In this document: positions 39,467-49,567 of the stretch, one piece after another
How positions within the stretch are numbered: the first letter of the stretch is position 1
Layout: each line of letters starts with the position of its first letter
Assembly: GCA_963801165.1 (NCBI GenBank)
Contig: CAWDDT010000005.1
Location: 448,001 to 512,000, forward strand
Reading direction: 5' to 3'
Source of the DNA: an uncultured bacterium
GTDB taxonomy: Bacteria > Actinomycetota > Acidimicrobiia > Spongiisociales > UBA5794
DNA: 64,000 bases
The notes under the pieces: model-generated
What the model saw: only the letters and a program-made list of their open reading frames with translations
Databases searched by the model: none
Told to the model about the DNA's origin: nothing
Position numbers and translations under genes: made by a program

Positions 39467-40768
39467 ATGGCACCGCAACTCCCCGACCGGTACCAAACCC
39501 AGGTCCGGTTGGGTCGTGACGGCGATATCGACGAGTGGCTCGCCACCGACACTGTGCTCGATCGACCGGTCCTGATCCGGGTGCTCGACTCCGACGCCAG
39601 CGGGGCCCGGATCAACGAGTTCGTCAGCGCCAACCGGGCTGCCGCAACCGTCGAGCACGTCCACCTGGCCGGGGTCTACGAGGTCGCCGAGTCACCGGCG
39701 GGCGGCGCCCACGCCGCCATCGAATGGAACGGGGGTGTTTCCATCGCCGATCGCCTGGCAGCAGGAGAGACCCTGCCGGTCGCCGAGTTCCTCCCAAATG
39801 CGGCCGGTCTCGCCGAGGGTCTTGCCGAACTGCACGCCGCCGGCGTCGTGCACGGGGCCATCGACCCTGCCGCGATCGTCTTCTCCGCGGCGCACCCGGC
39901 GAAACTCAGCTCCTACGGCAGACACAGGCTCTCGGCGCGTCCTCAGCACGACACAGCGGCATTGGCTCGGGCATTGCGGATTGCCGTGACCGGATCGGCT
40001 AGCCCCGAGATCAGGCCTTCGCATCTGGTCGAGGGATTACCCTCTTCGGTCGACGACGCCATTCGGCGCGCCGAGGCCGGCGAGTTCGATGCCCGCGCCC
40101 TCGGGGCGGCGCTGCGTGCCATCCCCTCCACGTTGCCAACGTCACGTCGTACCGGGTGGTCGTGGCGGTGGCTCATTCCGGCGACCATGCTTCTGATCTC
40201 GTCGGTGGTGATCGCCGGGATCGGGTTGGCGATCGATGTCGACCCGGATTCGCCGTTCCTGTTCCCCGCCACCCCCCCGATCGACCGCACCGTAACCACG
40301 ACAACCACCATCCCTGCGACGACCACGATCGCAGCGTCGACTCCGGGCACACTCGGCGCCGAGCCGTCTATCTACGACCCGTTCGGGGACCAGAGCGAGC
40401 GGGAGAGGGATCTGTCCAACCTGGTCGACGGGAACTTCGCCACCACCTGGAGAACCGAGCGTTACTTCGATCCCCTACCGCTCATCAAGGACGGCGTCGG
40501 CGTGATATTCCGGGTGAGCGGCGCCCCGGGATCGGTGGAGCTGCGGGCGAGTCCCAACACTTCATACGCCGTTCTGTGGGCCGATACCGTGCCTTCGTCG
40601 TTTGCAGGCTGGGAGGAGATCGGGTCAGGCACGGTCTTCGACGCCCCTGCCACCATGCAGCTGCCCAGCCGTGACGGCGGTGTCTGGCTGGTGTGGCTCA
40701 CCGATCTTCCCGAACAGGCAGCCGGCGAGTACTACTCCGAGCTCTCCGAGGTCGTGTTTCGCCCGTAG
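39467..40768 (+). CDS. Membrane-anchored Ser/Thr kinase-like protein (pseudokinase) with an extracellular beta domain
   Basis: Kinase-like N-lobe (RYQ...WLATDTVLDRPVLIR), but HRD is replaced by HGA and DFG by SYG; one TM; sits upstream of sigM. Confidence 0.8.
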   Translation: MAPQLPDRYQTQVRLGRDGDIDEWLATDTVLDRPVLIRVLDSDASGARINEFVSANRAAATVEHVHLAGVYEVAESPAGGAHAAIEWNGGVSIADRLAAGETLPVAEFLPNAAGLAEGLAELHAAGVVHGAIDPAAIVFSAAHPAKLSSYGRHRLSARPQHDTAALARALRIAVTGSASPEIRPSHLVEGLPSSVDDAIRRAEAGEFDARALGAALRAIPSTLPTSRRTGWSWRWLIPATMLLISSVVIAGIGLAIDVDPDSPFLFPATPPIDRTVTTTTTIPATTTIAASTPGTLGAEPSIYDPFGDQSERERDLSNLVDGNFATTWRTERYFDPLPLIKDGVGVIFRVSGAPGSVELRASPNTSYAVLWADTVPSSFAGWEEIGSGTVFDAPATMQLPSRDGGVWLVWLTDLPEQAAGEYYSELSEVVFRP

Positions 40769-40809
40769 CAGAAAATGACACGCTGCCGGATATGCGCCAG
40801 AATCCCACC

Positions 40810-41382
40810 ATGACCAGCAGGGCCGAAGCGGATATCGCACTGCTCGAGCGATTCCACGGGGGTGACGTCACCGCCTTCGACGAGTTGGTCCGCGCCCACG
40901 AGGACCGTGTCTTCGGCATCTGCCTGCGCATGATGCGCGACCGTGAGGCAGCCCTCGATGCTGTGCAAGAGACCTTTCTGACCGTGTTTCGCAAAGCGGA
41001 CCGCTACCAGGCCAGGGCGACGTTCAGCACCTGGCTCTACCGGGTGACGGTGAACACCTGCTACGACCTCCTGCGCAAGGCGAAGCGGAGACAAACCGAG
41101 CCGTTGCCGGAGAACACTCACCCCACCGACACCCACAGCGACGACGATCTCGGCGCGGCGGAGATGCGGCCAGACATCGAGGCCGCGCTCAACGACCTGC
41201 CCGTGGAATTCCGGTCCGCTGTCGTGCTTGTCGACCTCAACGGGCTCTCGCTGCAACAAGCCTCCGAGATCCTCGACGTCCCGGTGGGGACGATCAAATC
41301 ACGAGTATTCAGGGGAAGACGACAACTTGCGACAAGCCTCGGGAACCTCAGAGCAGGGTCCCGGCATCCAAGAGACGAATGA
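40810..41382 (+). CDS. sigM: ECF sigma factor (SigM-like)
   Basis: DAVQETFL, FSTWLYRVTVN and GTIKSRVFRGR motifs; synteny with trxB. Confidence 0.85.
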   Translation: MTSRAEADIALLERFHGGDVTAFDELVRAHEDRVFGICLRMMRDREAALDAVQETFLTVFRKADRYQARATFSTWLYRVTVNTCYDLLRKAKRRQTEPLPENTHPTDTHSDDDLGAAEMRPDIEAALNDLPVEFRSAVVLVDLNGLSLQQASEILDVPVGTIKSRVFRGRRQLATSLGNLRAGSRHPRDE

Positions 41383-42281
41383 GTATGCACGAACACGACC
41401 AGGAACTGATCATGGCTCTCGCCGAGGGAACCCTCGACGAGGCTGCCGCCGCGGCAGCGCGCACCGAGATCAGCGCATGTGCCGGGTGCAGCCGCGACCT
41501 CGAGCTGCAACGCATCGCCATCACCGCGCTCGAGGACCTCCCGGCGGTATACCTCTCCGCGGCCGAGTCCTCCCGTCTCCACGACGCCCTGAAGCGGGAC
41601 CTCGACATGGCCACGCCGCAGACAGCCGCACGTCGGCGCATAATCGCCTGGGGTCGCTGGATCCCGGTCGCGGGCGTTGTTGCCGTCCTCTTGGTCGCCG
41701 TCCTGACGCTCCCCAACATGACCGGTGGCGACAACTCCACTGCGGACATGACCATGGCCGCCGCGGAGACAACCACAACCACTTCCATGACGGCGGAAGC
41801 GCAGGTACCGCGCGATGGAGCGACAGCAACGGGGTCCTCCTCCGACTACGCGGCCGCGCCCAACGCGGGCGGAACCGAGACAACGGCCGCCGCCGAGACG
41901 ACTCAGGACATGCTGGAGACAACGACCGCGGCCGGGCAGGACAGTGCCGAGCCTCTCCCCTATCTCGGCGAGGTTTCGGGCCTCGACTACGACCAGATCC
42001 TCGAACGCGTGGTAACAGAGATGGACGATCTACGGTTGCGATCCCTCGAAGCCCTGCGCTCAGACGGCGTGCTCGCCGAGTGTCTCGCAATCGATAGCTC
42101 CGAGTTCGCTCCCGAGTTCGGTCTTCCCGAGAACAGCACGCCGATCGCTCTCGGTGTCGTCACCGACACGACGGGCGAGGAGCTGGTCCTCGTCGCGTAC
42201 GTCCCTGAGGATGTCACACGGAGTGTCTTTGTGACGATGCGCAGCCCCGGCTGCGAGCTGGTCGCCACGCTGTTTCGCTAG
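41379..42281 (+). CDS. Putative anti-sigma factor (CxxC, one TM, Thr/Ala-rich extracellular region)
   Basis: ATGA-coupled to the ECF sigma gene; EISACAGC motif; TM helix. Confidence 0.78.
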   Translation: MSMHEHDQELIMALAEGTLDEAAAAAARTEISACAGCSRDLELQRIAITALEDLPAVYLSAAESSRLHDALKRDLDMATPQTAARRRIIAWGRWIPVAGVVAVLLVAVLTLPNMTGGDNSTADMTMAAAETTTTTSMTAEAQVPRDGATATGSSSDYAAAPNAGGTETTAAAETTQDMLETTTAAGQDSAEPLPYLGEVSGLDYDQILERVVTEMDDLRLRSLEALRSDGVLAECLAIDSSEFAPEFGLPENSTPIALGVVTDTTGEELVLVAYVPEDVTRSVFVTMRSPGCELVATLFR

Positions 42282-42317
42282 ACCTGGTCGTACCTTGTCC
42301 GAGGCTGACTAATCTCA

Positions 42318-42611
42318 GTGGGGATGAACGACTTTCCAACTCGAATCGCCGACTTCCTCGAAAATACCGCCGGCAAGATAAGGGCGATGACCGTCGACCG
42401 TGTCGCCGGATGGGCTAAGTGGACCGGGGTCGGCATCGTCGCTTCGCTGCTGGGTCTCGTGCTGACCATCTTTCTCGTAGTGGGATTGGTCCGGCTGCTT
42501 GCCGGGCTTGTGGGCATGCAATGGGCGTACACGATCATTGGGGGATTATTTGTGGCCGTCGGGATGTTCTTATGGAGACTCCGCATCCCGCGCGAGGCTT
42601 CACAGGACTGA
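42318..42611 (+). CDS. Small 2-TM membrane protein
   Basis: 97-aa hydrophobic ORF filling the operon gap. Confidence 0.7.
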   Translation: MGMNDFPTRIADFLENTAGKIRAMTVDRVAGWAKWTGVGIVASLLGLVLTIFLVVGLVRLLAGLVGMQWAYTIIGGLFVAVGMFLWRLRIPREASQD

Positions 42612-42626
42612 CGCACAAAGGACACA

Positions 42627-43550
42627 ATGATGACTGAGAAGGTCGTGATCATCGGCTCGGGCCCGGCAGGCCTGACTGCGGCGATCTATAACGCACGCGC
42701 CGATCTGCACCCTCTCATGATCGAGGGATTCGAGCGCGGCGGCCAGCTGATGCTCACCACCGATGTCGAGAACTACCCGGGCTACCCCGACGGCATCATG
42801 GGCCCGGAGCTGATGGAGAATCTGCACAAGCAGGCCGAGCGCTTCGGTACCCGGATCATGAGCTCGGATGTGACCAAGGTCGACTTCTCACAGCGGCCGT
42901 TCCGCATCTGGGTCGACGAGGATTCGTACGAGGCGGATTCGGTCATCATCTCGACCGGCGCTTCTGCGCGCTGGCTGGGGCTCGAGAGCGAGGCTCGTCT
43001 GCGTGGCCACGGGGTGTCCGCCTGTGCAACCTGTGACGGCTTCTTCTTCCGGGGCAAGGAGATCGCAGTGATCGGTGGCGGTGACAGTGCCGCCGAGGAG
43101 GCTCTGTTCCTAACCAAGTTCGCCTCCAAGGTGTACGTCATTCACCGCCGCGACGAGCTGCGGGCCTCCAAGATCATGGCAAATCGGCTCCTCACTCACG
43201 AGAAGGTCGAGATGGTCTGGGACACGGCTGTCGAGGAGGTCCTCGGCGACACCGCTGTGACCGGTTTGAAGCTCCGCAACACGAAGACCGGCGCACTGTC
43301 CGAGCTGGCAGTCGAGGGTATGTTCCTTGCCATCGGGCACACCCCCAATACGAAGGTGTTCCAGGGTCAGCTCGATCTCGACGAGAAGGGCTACATTCTC
43401 GTCGGAGACAACACCATGACCTCGGTGCCGGGTGTCTTTGCGGCGGGTGATGTCACAGATCACGTGTACCGTCAGGCCATCACGGCAGCCGGTATGGGAT
43501 GCCAGGCAGCCATCGATGTGGAGCGGTGGCTGGACGAACAGGAAGGTTGA
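42627..43550 (+). CDS. trxB: Thioredoxin reductase
   Basis: GSGPAG, CATCDG, GGGDSA and YRQAITAAG motifs. Confidence 0.98.
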   Translation: MMTEKVVIIGSGPAGLTAAIYNARADLHPLMIEGFERGGQLMLTTDVENYPGYPDGIMGPELMENLHKQAERFGTRIMSSDVTKVDFSQRPFRIWVDEDSYEADSVIISTGASARWLGLESEARLRGHGVSACATCDGFFFRGKEIAVIGGGDSAAEEALFLTKFASKVYVIHRRDELRASKIMANRLLTHEKVEMVWDTAVEEVLGDTAVTGLKLRNTKTGALSELAVEGMFLAIGHTPNTKVFQGQLDLDEKGYILVGDNTMTSVPGVFAAGDVTDHVYRQAITAAGMGCQAAIDVERWLDEQEG

Positions 43551-43555
43551 GGCGT

Positions 43556-43882
43556 ATGGGCAACACGACAGTGACCGCGAACGATACGGGTTTCGCAGAT
43601 CTCATCAGCGGCGAGACCCCGGTTCTCGTTGACTTCTGGGCAGAGTGGTGCGGGCCGTGCAAGATGATGGAGGGCCCGCTGACTGAATTGGCCGGAGAGA
43701 AGGCGGGCAAGCTCACGATCGCCAAGCTGAACGTGGATGAGAACCCATCCACCGCAATGACGTATGAGGTCATGAGCATTCCGACAATGATCCTCTTCCG
43801 CAGCGGCGAAGAGCAAAAGCGATTCATCGGCGCCCGATCCAAGGGACAGCTCGAAGCGGAGCTCGCCGATTACATCGGTTGA
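43556..43882 (+). CDS. trxA: Thioredoxin
   Basis: DFWAEWCGPCK motif. Confidence 0.97.
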   Translation: MGNTTVTANDTGFADLISGETPVLVDFWAEWCGPCKMMEGPLTELAGEKAGKLTIAKLNVDENPSTAMTYEVMSIPTMILFRSGEEQKRFIGARSKGQLEAELADYIG

Positions 43883-43907
43883 CCAGGCTTTGTGAGACGA
43901 TGGGGCC

Positions 43908-44873
43908 GTGAGGCTCTATCGACAAGGTGACGACGGAGAGGCGGTCCGGGATATCCAGGACCGTCTCGGCGCGCTCGGGTTCGACACCGAAGACGATCCC
44001 ACCGGGAGCTTCGGAGAGTCGACCTACCGCGCAGTCTCGGCCTTTCAGGCCAAGCGCGGGCTATGGGCGGACGGCATCGTTGGTCCCGATACATGGCGAG
44101 CCCTGGTCAGCGCCGGCTACACGCTCGGGAGCAGGATCCTCTATCACCGTGTCCCCATGATGGCCGGTGACGACGTGGCGGATTTGCAGCGTCAGCTCAA
44201 CTCGCTCGGTTTCGACTCCGGAAACGTCGACGGCATTTTCGGCCCGGATACCCTGCGCGGGCTCCTTGCGTTTCAGTCCAACCGGGGTTTGGCCGAGGAC
44301 GGTTTGGCCGGTACCGAGGTGATCGCCGAACTGGCTCTGATGTCCCGCGCAACGGCTAAGCACGGCCGCGAAGCGGTACGAGGCCGCCAATGGCTGGAGA
44401 ATCTTCCCAGGTCGGTGGCGGGGCAGCGAATATACATCGACGCCTTCTGCAGAGACGATCAGGAAGCTGCCATAACGTGGGGGCCTAGTGTTCTTCTCTC
44501 CAGCATCATCCAGTCGCACGGCGCCACTGTGTTTCTTTCCCGCAGCATCGATACCTCCCCAGGCGAGCGGGTGCGGGCGTTGCGAGCCAACCGTCTCGGT
44601 GTCGATCTGATCGTGTCGATTTGTGCTGCCCGCGAGGTAGCTGCGGTCCACTTCTTTGCGTCCGAGATGAGCCGATCCACTGCCGGCGAGGCCGTGGCCG
44701 GCAGTATCGCCGGACGACTCGGTTTGCCCACTGGTGGGCTGGCCATCCCGATACTCAAGAACACCCGCGCCGCCTGCGTTGTCGTCGCTCTGGTTGCGTT
44801 CTCGGTGGCGGACACAACGGCCATCGCCCAGGGCGTCCTCGACGTATATGCGACGGATTGGTCTACCCGTTGA
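43908..44873 (+). CDS. CwlM-like protein: two PG-binding domains plus a degenerate amidase_3 domain
   Basis: FQAKRGLWADGIVGPDTW and GDDVADLQ...DGIFGPDT; conserved position between trxA and parB. Confidence 0.82.
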   Translation: MRLYRQGDDGEAVRDIQDRLGALGFDTEDDPTGSFGESTYRAVSAFQAKRGLWADGIVGPDTWRALVSAGYTLGSRILYHRVPMMAGDDVADLQRQLNSLGFDSGNVDGIFGPDTLRGLLAFQSNRGLAEDGLAGTEVIAELALMSRATAKHGREAVRGRQWLENLPRSVAGQRIYIDAFCRDDQEAAITWGPSVLLSSIIQSHGATVFLSRSIDTSPGERVRALRANRLGVDLIVSICAAREVAAVHFFASEMSRSTAGEAVAGSIAGRLGLPTGGLAIPILKNTRAACVVVALVAFSVADTTAIAQGVLDVYATDWSTR

Positions 44874-44897
44874 CGGGGGATGTCATGACCGGGGAAG

Positions 44898-45746
44898 TCA
44901 GTTGAGCAAGTGGTAGATCCGCTCCAGATCATCGAGAGACGCATATCTGATCGAGACCTTGCCTCCGCGTTTTCCGTGATCGATCTTGACCGCCGTCCCC
45001 AGCCGCTCACCTAGCCGATCCTCTAACTCGATGATCGCAGCGGGCCGCGGTGGCGGAACCGCGGTGGCGCTGGGCCGCCTCTCCCCTGCCCTCTTCTTGA
45101 CCGCCTCCTCCACCTGGCGCACCGACCAGCCCTCGGCGACGACCCGTTCCGCGATGTGAACCGCATAGGAGGCATCCTCGAGACCAAGCAGAGCGCGGGC
45201 GTGCCCGGCGTTGAGGTCGCCCCGGTTGATCATTCCCTGGATCTGCACCGGCAGCTGGAGCAGCCGTAGCGTGTTGGTCACAGCACTACGGCTCTTCCCG
45301 ACCCGGACGGCAACCTGATCGTGCGTAAGACCAAAATCTGCCAGTAGTTGCTGGTAGGCGGCTCCTTCTTCGAGCGGCGACAGGTCCTCGCGCTGAAGGT
45401 TCTCGATGAGGGCTTCCGCCAGGCTGGTCGCCTCGTCAATACCCTCGTCTCTGATCAGCGCCGGGATCTCCTCGAGACCGGCAAGTTGGGCGGCGCGACA
45501 CCGTCGCTCGCCGGCAATCAGGATGTAGCCCTCCTCACTCGGTCGAACCACGACCGGCTGGAGAACACCGACTTCCCTGATCGAGTCGGCCATCGACCCA
45601 AGCGAGGTATCGTCGAACCGTTGCCGCGGCTGCTGTGGATTTGGTCGGATTTGATCAACCGGGAGTGATGCATATCCGCTGGTTGGCCTCTCGACAGGTA
45701 TGAGCGAATCGAGCCCACGGCCCAGTCCGCCTTTACGTGCGGCCAT
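44898..45746 (-). CDS. parB: Chromosome partitioning protein ParB
   Basis: GLGRGL, PNPQQPR, IAGERRCRA and IENLQREDL motifs. Confidence 0.97.
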   Translation of the reverse strand: MAARKGGLGRGLDSLIPVERPTSGYASLPVDQIRPNPQQPRQRFDDTSLGSMADSIREVGVLQPVVVRPSEEGYILIAGERRCRAAQLAGLEEIPALIRDEGIDEATSLAEALIENLQREDLSPLEEGAAYQQLLADFGLTHDQVAVRVGKSRSAVTNTLRLLQLPVQIQGMINRGDLNAGHARALLGLEDASYAVHIAERVVAEGWSVRQVEEAVKKRAGERRPSATAVPPPRPAAIIELEDRLGERLGTAVKIDHGKRGGKVSIRYASLDDLERIYHLLN

Positions 45747-46509
45747 GACGCCTCCTGAACTCACGGGCCAGCTCTCTGTAGGCGATGGCTCCACGTGACA
45801 TGGGGTCAAATGCCTCGATCGGCTCTCCATACGACGGAGCCTCCGACAGACGAACGGTCCTGGGGATTACGGTACGGTACGTCGTTTCGCCAAAGTGGTC
45901 GCGTACCTGGCTGACCACATCGGCAGACAGGGTCGTTCTGCCGTCGTACATGGTCAGGAGAACACCCTCAACCTCCAGTTGAGGGTTTAGGCTTTGTTTG
46001 ACCAGGTCCACATTTCGTTTCAGCTGACTCACTCCCTCCAATGCGTAGTATTCGCACTGGATCGGTATCAGCACCTCATCTGCCGCAGCCAGCCCATTGA
46101 TGGTGAGCAGGCCGAGAGAGGGCGGACAGTCGATGAGGATGAAGTCATATTCGGGAACCATGGATTTGAGCGCTTGAGCCAACCTCTTCTCACGTGAGAA
46201 GAGGGATACCAGCTCGATCTCAGCTCCCGCAAGGTCGATCGTCGCCGGTACAATGTGAAGGTTCCGCACTGAGGTTGGCTCGACAACATCCTCGAGCGGT
46301 ACGTCGTCGATCATCGCTTCGTAGGTCGAATACTCGAGTGCGCCACGATCGATCCCAAGGCCGGACGTTGTATTGCCCTGTGGATCGAGATCAACCAGCA
46401 GGACGCGCTCGCCCTGTATGGCCAACCCGGCGCCAAGATTGATGGCGGTGGTCGACTTGCCCACGCCGCCCTTCTGGTTCGCAATCGCAACGATAGTTGC
46501 GTCGGCCAT
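45733..46509 (-). CDS. parA: Chromosome partitioning ATPase ParA/Soj
   Basis: NQKGGVGKST, DLDPQGN, IDCPPSLG and QCEYYALEG motifs. Confidence 0.97.
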   Translation of the reverse strand: MADATIVAIANQKGGVGKSTTAINLGAGLAIQGERVLLVDLDPQGNTTSGLGIDRGALEYSTYEAMIDDVPLEDVVEPTSVRNLHIVPATIDLAGAEIELVSLFSREKRLAQALKSMVPEYDFILIDCPPSLGLLTINGLAAADEVLIPIQCEYYALEGVSQLKRNVDLVKQSLNPQLEVEGVLLTMYDGRTTLSADVVSQVRDHFGETTYRTVIPRTVRLSEAPSYGEPIEAFDPMSRGAIAYRELAREFRRRHGRT

Positions 46510-46522
46510 GAAGTCTCCTCGG

Positions 46523-47149
46523 CTAAGTTGCCTCAATCCTAAGGAGAGTTGCGTCAGTGTCAAGGACCCGGGCAGGAATTCGAAGGAGCGTGATCCGGAG
46601 CCCGTCTGATTCTTCGGGCAAATTTGGTGGCCTAGCGCTTGTCGACAGCCCGATGTTTGCGACTCCCCCGGGTACAAGCAGGCGTTTCACGTGAATCATG
46701 ATCTCCTCGGGTGGCATAGCGGCTCTTGACACGAGACGCTCGTACTTGTCCTCGACATTGCGAATGTCCAGGTTGACGACACGGCAGTTTTCAAGACCGA
46801 GAATCAGACTTGCCCGTCTGGCAAGGTCGGTACGGCGGCGAGACCGGTCGACAAGCACAAAAGCGATCGCGGGATACGCAATGGCGAGCGGTATTCCGGG
46901 TAGTCCCACACCGCTCCCCACATCGAGACACGCTCCTGTGCCCGCCAGCCCATGACCAAACACGAGCGAGTCGGCTATGTGTCTGCTCCAGAGACGGTGC
47001 TCTTCGTTCGGCCCGATCCCGCCGGCCACGAGCGCCTCGTCACGCAGCCAGGCGTGGTACGTCTCCAGCTGCTCCACTTGTGCAGCACCGAGATCGACAC
47101 CGGCGTAACCGGCGGCAGCAAGCACCATCCCAAACGAATCAGCCCCCAT
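46523..47149 (-). CDS. rsmG: 16S rRNA m7G527 methyltransferase
   Basis: RHIADSL, DVGSGVGLPGIPLA and VSRA motifs. Confidence 0.92.
   Translation of the reverse strand: MGADSFGMVLAAAGYAGVDLGAAQVEQLETYHAWLRDEALVAGGIGPNEEHRLWSRHIADSLVFGHGLAGTGACLDVGSGVGLPGIPLAIAYPAIAFVLVDRSRRRTDLARRASLILGLENCRVVNLDIRNVEDKYERLVSRAAMPPEEIMIHVKRLLVPGGVANIGLSTSARPPNLPEESDGLRITLLRIPARVLDTDATLLRIEAT
46684..46697. promoter_or_regulatory. parS site (GTTTCACGTGAATC) inside rsmG
   Basis: 13/14 match to GTTTCACGTGAAAC, next to parAB. Confidence 0.75.
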
Positions 47150-47164
47150 GTTCCACGTGAAACA
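47149..47164. promoter_or_regulatory. parS site (TGTTCCACGTGAAACA) overlapping the rsmG start
   Basis: Full match to the TGTTNCACGTGAAACA consensus. Confidence 0.9.
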
Positions 47165-47180
47165 TGGGGGCTGCAAGCAA

Positions 47181-47218
47181 CGCTGTCTCAGTCATCTGGC
47201 GCTGTCTCAGTCATCTGG
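47181..47218. repeat. Perfect 19-bp tandem duplication (CGCTGTCTCAGTCATCTGG x2) covering the jag stop codon
   Basis: Read directly from the sequence. Confidence 0.92.
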
Positions 47219-48055
47219 TGCTACGACAACCGATCGGTTTGGCTCTTCGCCCTCCGAATAGGAACGCACGCCGTCGATCTCGGCGATTGCATCGTGGACA
47301 ACCTTGCGATCCGCCGCATTCATTGCCTCGAGCATTGCTTCGCGACCGTCCTCGATAACCGTCTCGGCGAGACGCCCTGCGTAGATCTTGAGCGCTTCGC
47401 GTCGGCGGGCCGCATAGCCGGCGATGTCGAGTCTGATCCGCGGCGCTCCAAATGTCTTCCTCTGTATCACCGTGCGTGTCAGCTCGTGTACCGCCTGGAC
47501 AACCGCACCCTTCCGTCCCACCAGCGCTTCGGTCTGCTCACCCTCGATATCAATATAGAGAACGTCGTCCTCCACCCTTGTATTGACAGTCCCCTCCAGA
47601 CCAAACGCTTTCAGTAGACCCTCGGCGAACTCCCGCGCAACGTCAGCCTGCTCTTCGATGTTTGCGTTTCGATCTGGCTTTGTATCCACGGCAACCTTCT
47701 TCGGTGCACCCTTTTCCTGTCGATTCTCCTGTCGATTCGAGCTCTTGTTCCTCGGCTCGTTTCGGTCTCCGGGTCTTGGTCGGCGCTTGTTCCCGTCCCC
47801 GGTCCTGTCGCTCTTGTTGTCCTTGTCTACACGGTCTGGCTTCCCGTCGCGCACCTTTCCTCGACGTCGTCTCTTCTTCTGCGGCTTGACGGTGACTTTC
47901 ACCTTCGCCTCACGCCCCCCTAGACCAAGGATACTCTTCTTCCCCTCATCAATTACTTCGATATCAACGGCTTCTCTCGAGGTCTGCTCCAGGGCACGCA
48001 TGGCTGCATTGACCGCTTCCTCGACAGTCTTGCCGACCGCCTCGACCCACTCCAT
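47207..48055 (-). CDS. jag: RNA-binding protein Jag/KhpB/EloR (Jag_N, KH, R3H)
   Basis: GKTVEEAV, LVGRKG, DRKVVHD and SEGEEPNR motifs. Confidence 0.95.
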   Translation of the reverse strand: MEWVEAVGKTVEEAVNAAMRALEQTSREAVDIEVIDEGKKSILGLGGREAKVKVTVKPQKKRRRRGKVRDGKPDRVDKDNKSDRTGDGNKRRPRPGDRNEPRNKSSNRQENRQEKGAPKKVAVDTKPDRNANIEEQADVAREFAEGLLKAFGLEGTVNTRVEDDVLYIDIEGEQTEALVGRKGAVVQAVHELTRTVIQRKTFGAPRIRLDIAGYAARRREALKIYAGRLAETVIEDGREAMLEAMNAADRKVVHDAIAEIDGVRSYSEGEEPNRSVVVAPDD

Positions 48056-48057
48056 AC

Positions 48058-48939
48058 CTACTTCCTCCTGCGCCGATTGCGCTTCTTACTGGCATTCGGT
48101 GACGGTCCACTCGGCTTGGGATCCGGGGGAGTGTCGTCATCACCCTTGGCGGGTTTTCCGCCTGAGCCGCCGCTGCCATCACCATCCATTCGGAAAATGA
48201 GAGCCTGCTGACCAACACGGAAGAGATTCGAGACCGCAAAATAGAGGACCAGACCCATCGGGAACCCCCATGAGATGAATCCCATGAACAGCGGCATGAT
48301 CCGCGTCACCATTTGCATCTGCTGGCCCTGCTTCGTATCTCCCTGGTTGCTCCCTTTGGTACGACGGCTGGTCTGATAGGTTTGGTAAAAACTGGATGCC
48401 ACCACGATGAGGACCAGCAAAATGGCGGGGATCGCCTTTGCCAGACCTTGCGTCGAGGCGCTCGACGGAGACTGCAACATGTCGAGCGACAGGAACGAGG
48501 TACTTGCATCGTGGGTCAGCAGCGCGTGAGCGAGGGTCGAATCCGGCGGGATTATGTCCGTGTAGTTGAGCACCGGCGGGGTAGCGGTGGTGGGGCCCAC
48601 CCGGAAAACCCTGTAGAGGGCGAACCAGATAGGCATCTGGAGCAGCAATGGCAAACAGCCGGCGGCCGGGTTGATGCCGCGCTCCTGGTAGAGCGCCATC
48701 ATCTGCTTGTTCATCTCTTCCCGGTCGTCTTTGAACTCCTTCTGGAGCCGCTTGATCTCGGGTTGGATCTCCTGCATCGTCTTCATCGACCGCGTCTGTT
48801 TGAGCGTCAACGGAAACAGGAGGAGGCTCACCATGAGGGTGAGCAGAATGATGGCCAGCCCGTAGTTGTGGGGCCAGACGTCGTAGAGAATGGACATCAG
48901 ATTGCCCAGCGGGGGAGCGAGGATGGTGAAGGGGTTCAC
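48058..48939 (-). CDS. yidC: Membrane protein insertase YidC
   Basis: IQPEIKRLQ, GINPAAGCLPLLLQMPIW and GLVLYFAVSN motifs. Confidence 0.95.
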   Translation of the reverse strand: MNPFTILAPPLGNLMSILYDVWPHNYGLAIILLTLMVSLLLFPLTLKQTRSMKTMQEIQPEIKRLQKEFKDDREEMNKQMMALYQERGINPAAGCLPLLLQMPIWFALYRVFRVGPTTATPPVLNYTDIIPPDSTLAHALLTHDASTSFLSLDMLQSPSSASTQGLAKAIPAILLVLIVVASSFYQTYQTSRRTKGSNQGDTKQGQQMQMVTRIMPLFMGFISWGFPMGLVLYFAVSNLFRVGQQALIFRMDGDGSGGSGGKPAKGDDDTPPDPKPSGPSPNASKKRNRRRRK

Positions 48940-48951
48940 GTTTGCATTGCC

Positions 48952-49215
48952 TTATGCGGTTGAGGTTTCTTCAGAAGACCGATGCGGTGGTACCGGATCG
49001 TAGCCGCCGTCATGCCAGGGATGACATCGGCCGATGCGCTTGACGGCCAGCAACCCGCCCCGGAACAGCCCATGGATGCGAAACGCCTCCTGGGCGTACT
49101 CCGAGCAGGTCGGGCGGTAGCGACAGTTGGAGCGCAGCAACGGCGAGATGAAGCGCCGGTATCCACCGATCAGCTTCATCGCCCAGAAAGACGGATGATA
49201 CGGCCTCGGATTCAT
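48952..49215 (-). CDS. yidD: Membrane protein insertion efficiency factor YidD
   Basis: [10 protein letters not shown] and [17 protein letters not shown] motifs. Confidence 0.96.
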   Translation of the reverse strand: MNPRPYHPSFWAMKLIGGYRRFISPLLRSNCRYRPTCSEYAQEAFRIHGLFRGGLLAVKRIGRCHPWHDGGYDPVPPHRSSEETSTA

Positions 49216-49532
49216 CGTGCTTCTCCCGCCAAAGTCATCTTCTCCAAACAGCGCTCGATCCATCCAACCAGCCGGCCGAACTCTGCCTCGAGCACGCCCT
49301 TGTCGGCGACAAGCACATACACGGTATCGCTTTCCAGCCGGCTCTGCGCTATCGCAGCCCGGAGCCGTCTCTTGGCGCGGTTCCTCGCCACCGCCCGGCC
49401 CACCTTCCTGCCCGCAACAAAGCCCACCATCGGTGGCCCCGGCGGTCCGGGGGCCACTATCAACGTGAGGGCGCCACAACGCCGGCGCGCTCCCTCTCGG
49501 TAGGCAGCTTGAAACTGGCTGCCTTTCCTCAA
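49212..49532 (-). CDS. rnpA: Ribonuclease P protein component
   Basis: [17 protein letters not shown] (RNR motif). Confidence 0.93.
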   Translation of the reverse strand: MRKGSQFQAAYREGARRRCGALTLIVAPGPPGPPMVGFVAGRKVGRAVARNRAKRRLRAAIAQSRLESDTVYVLVADKGVLEAEFGRLVGWIERCLEKMTLAGEAR

Positions 49533-49567
49533 AGAGCGGTACGGGCGCCCCAGTTCTGGCCTCCTAA

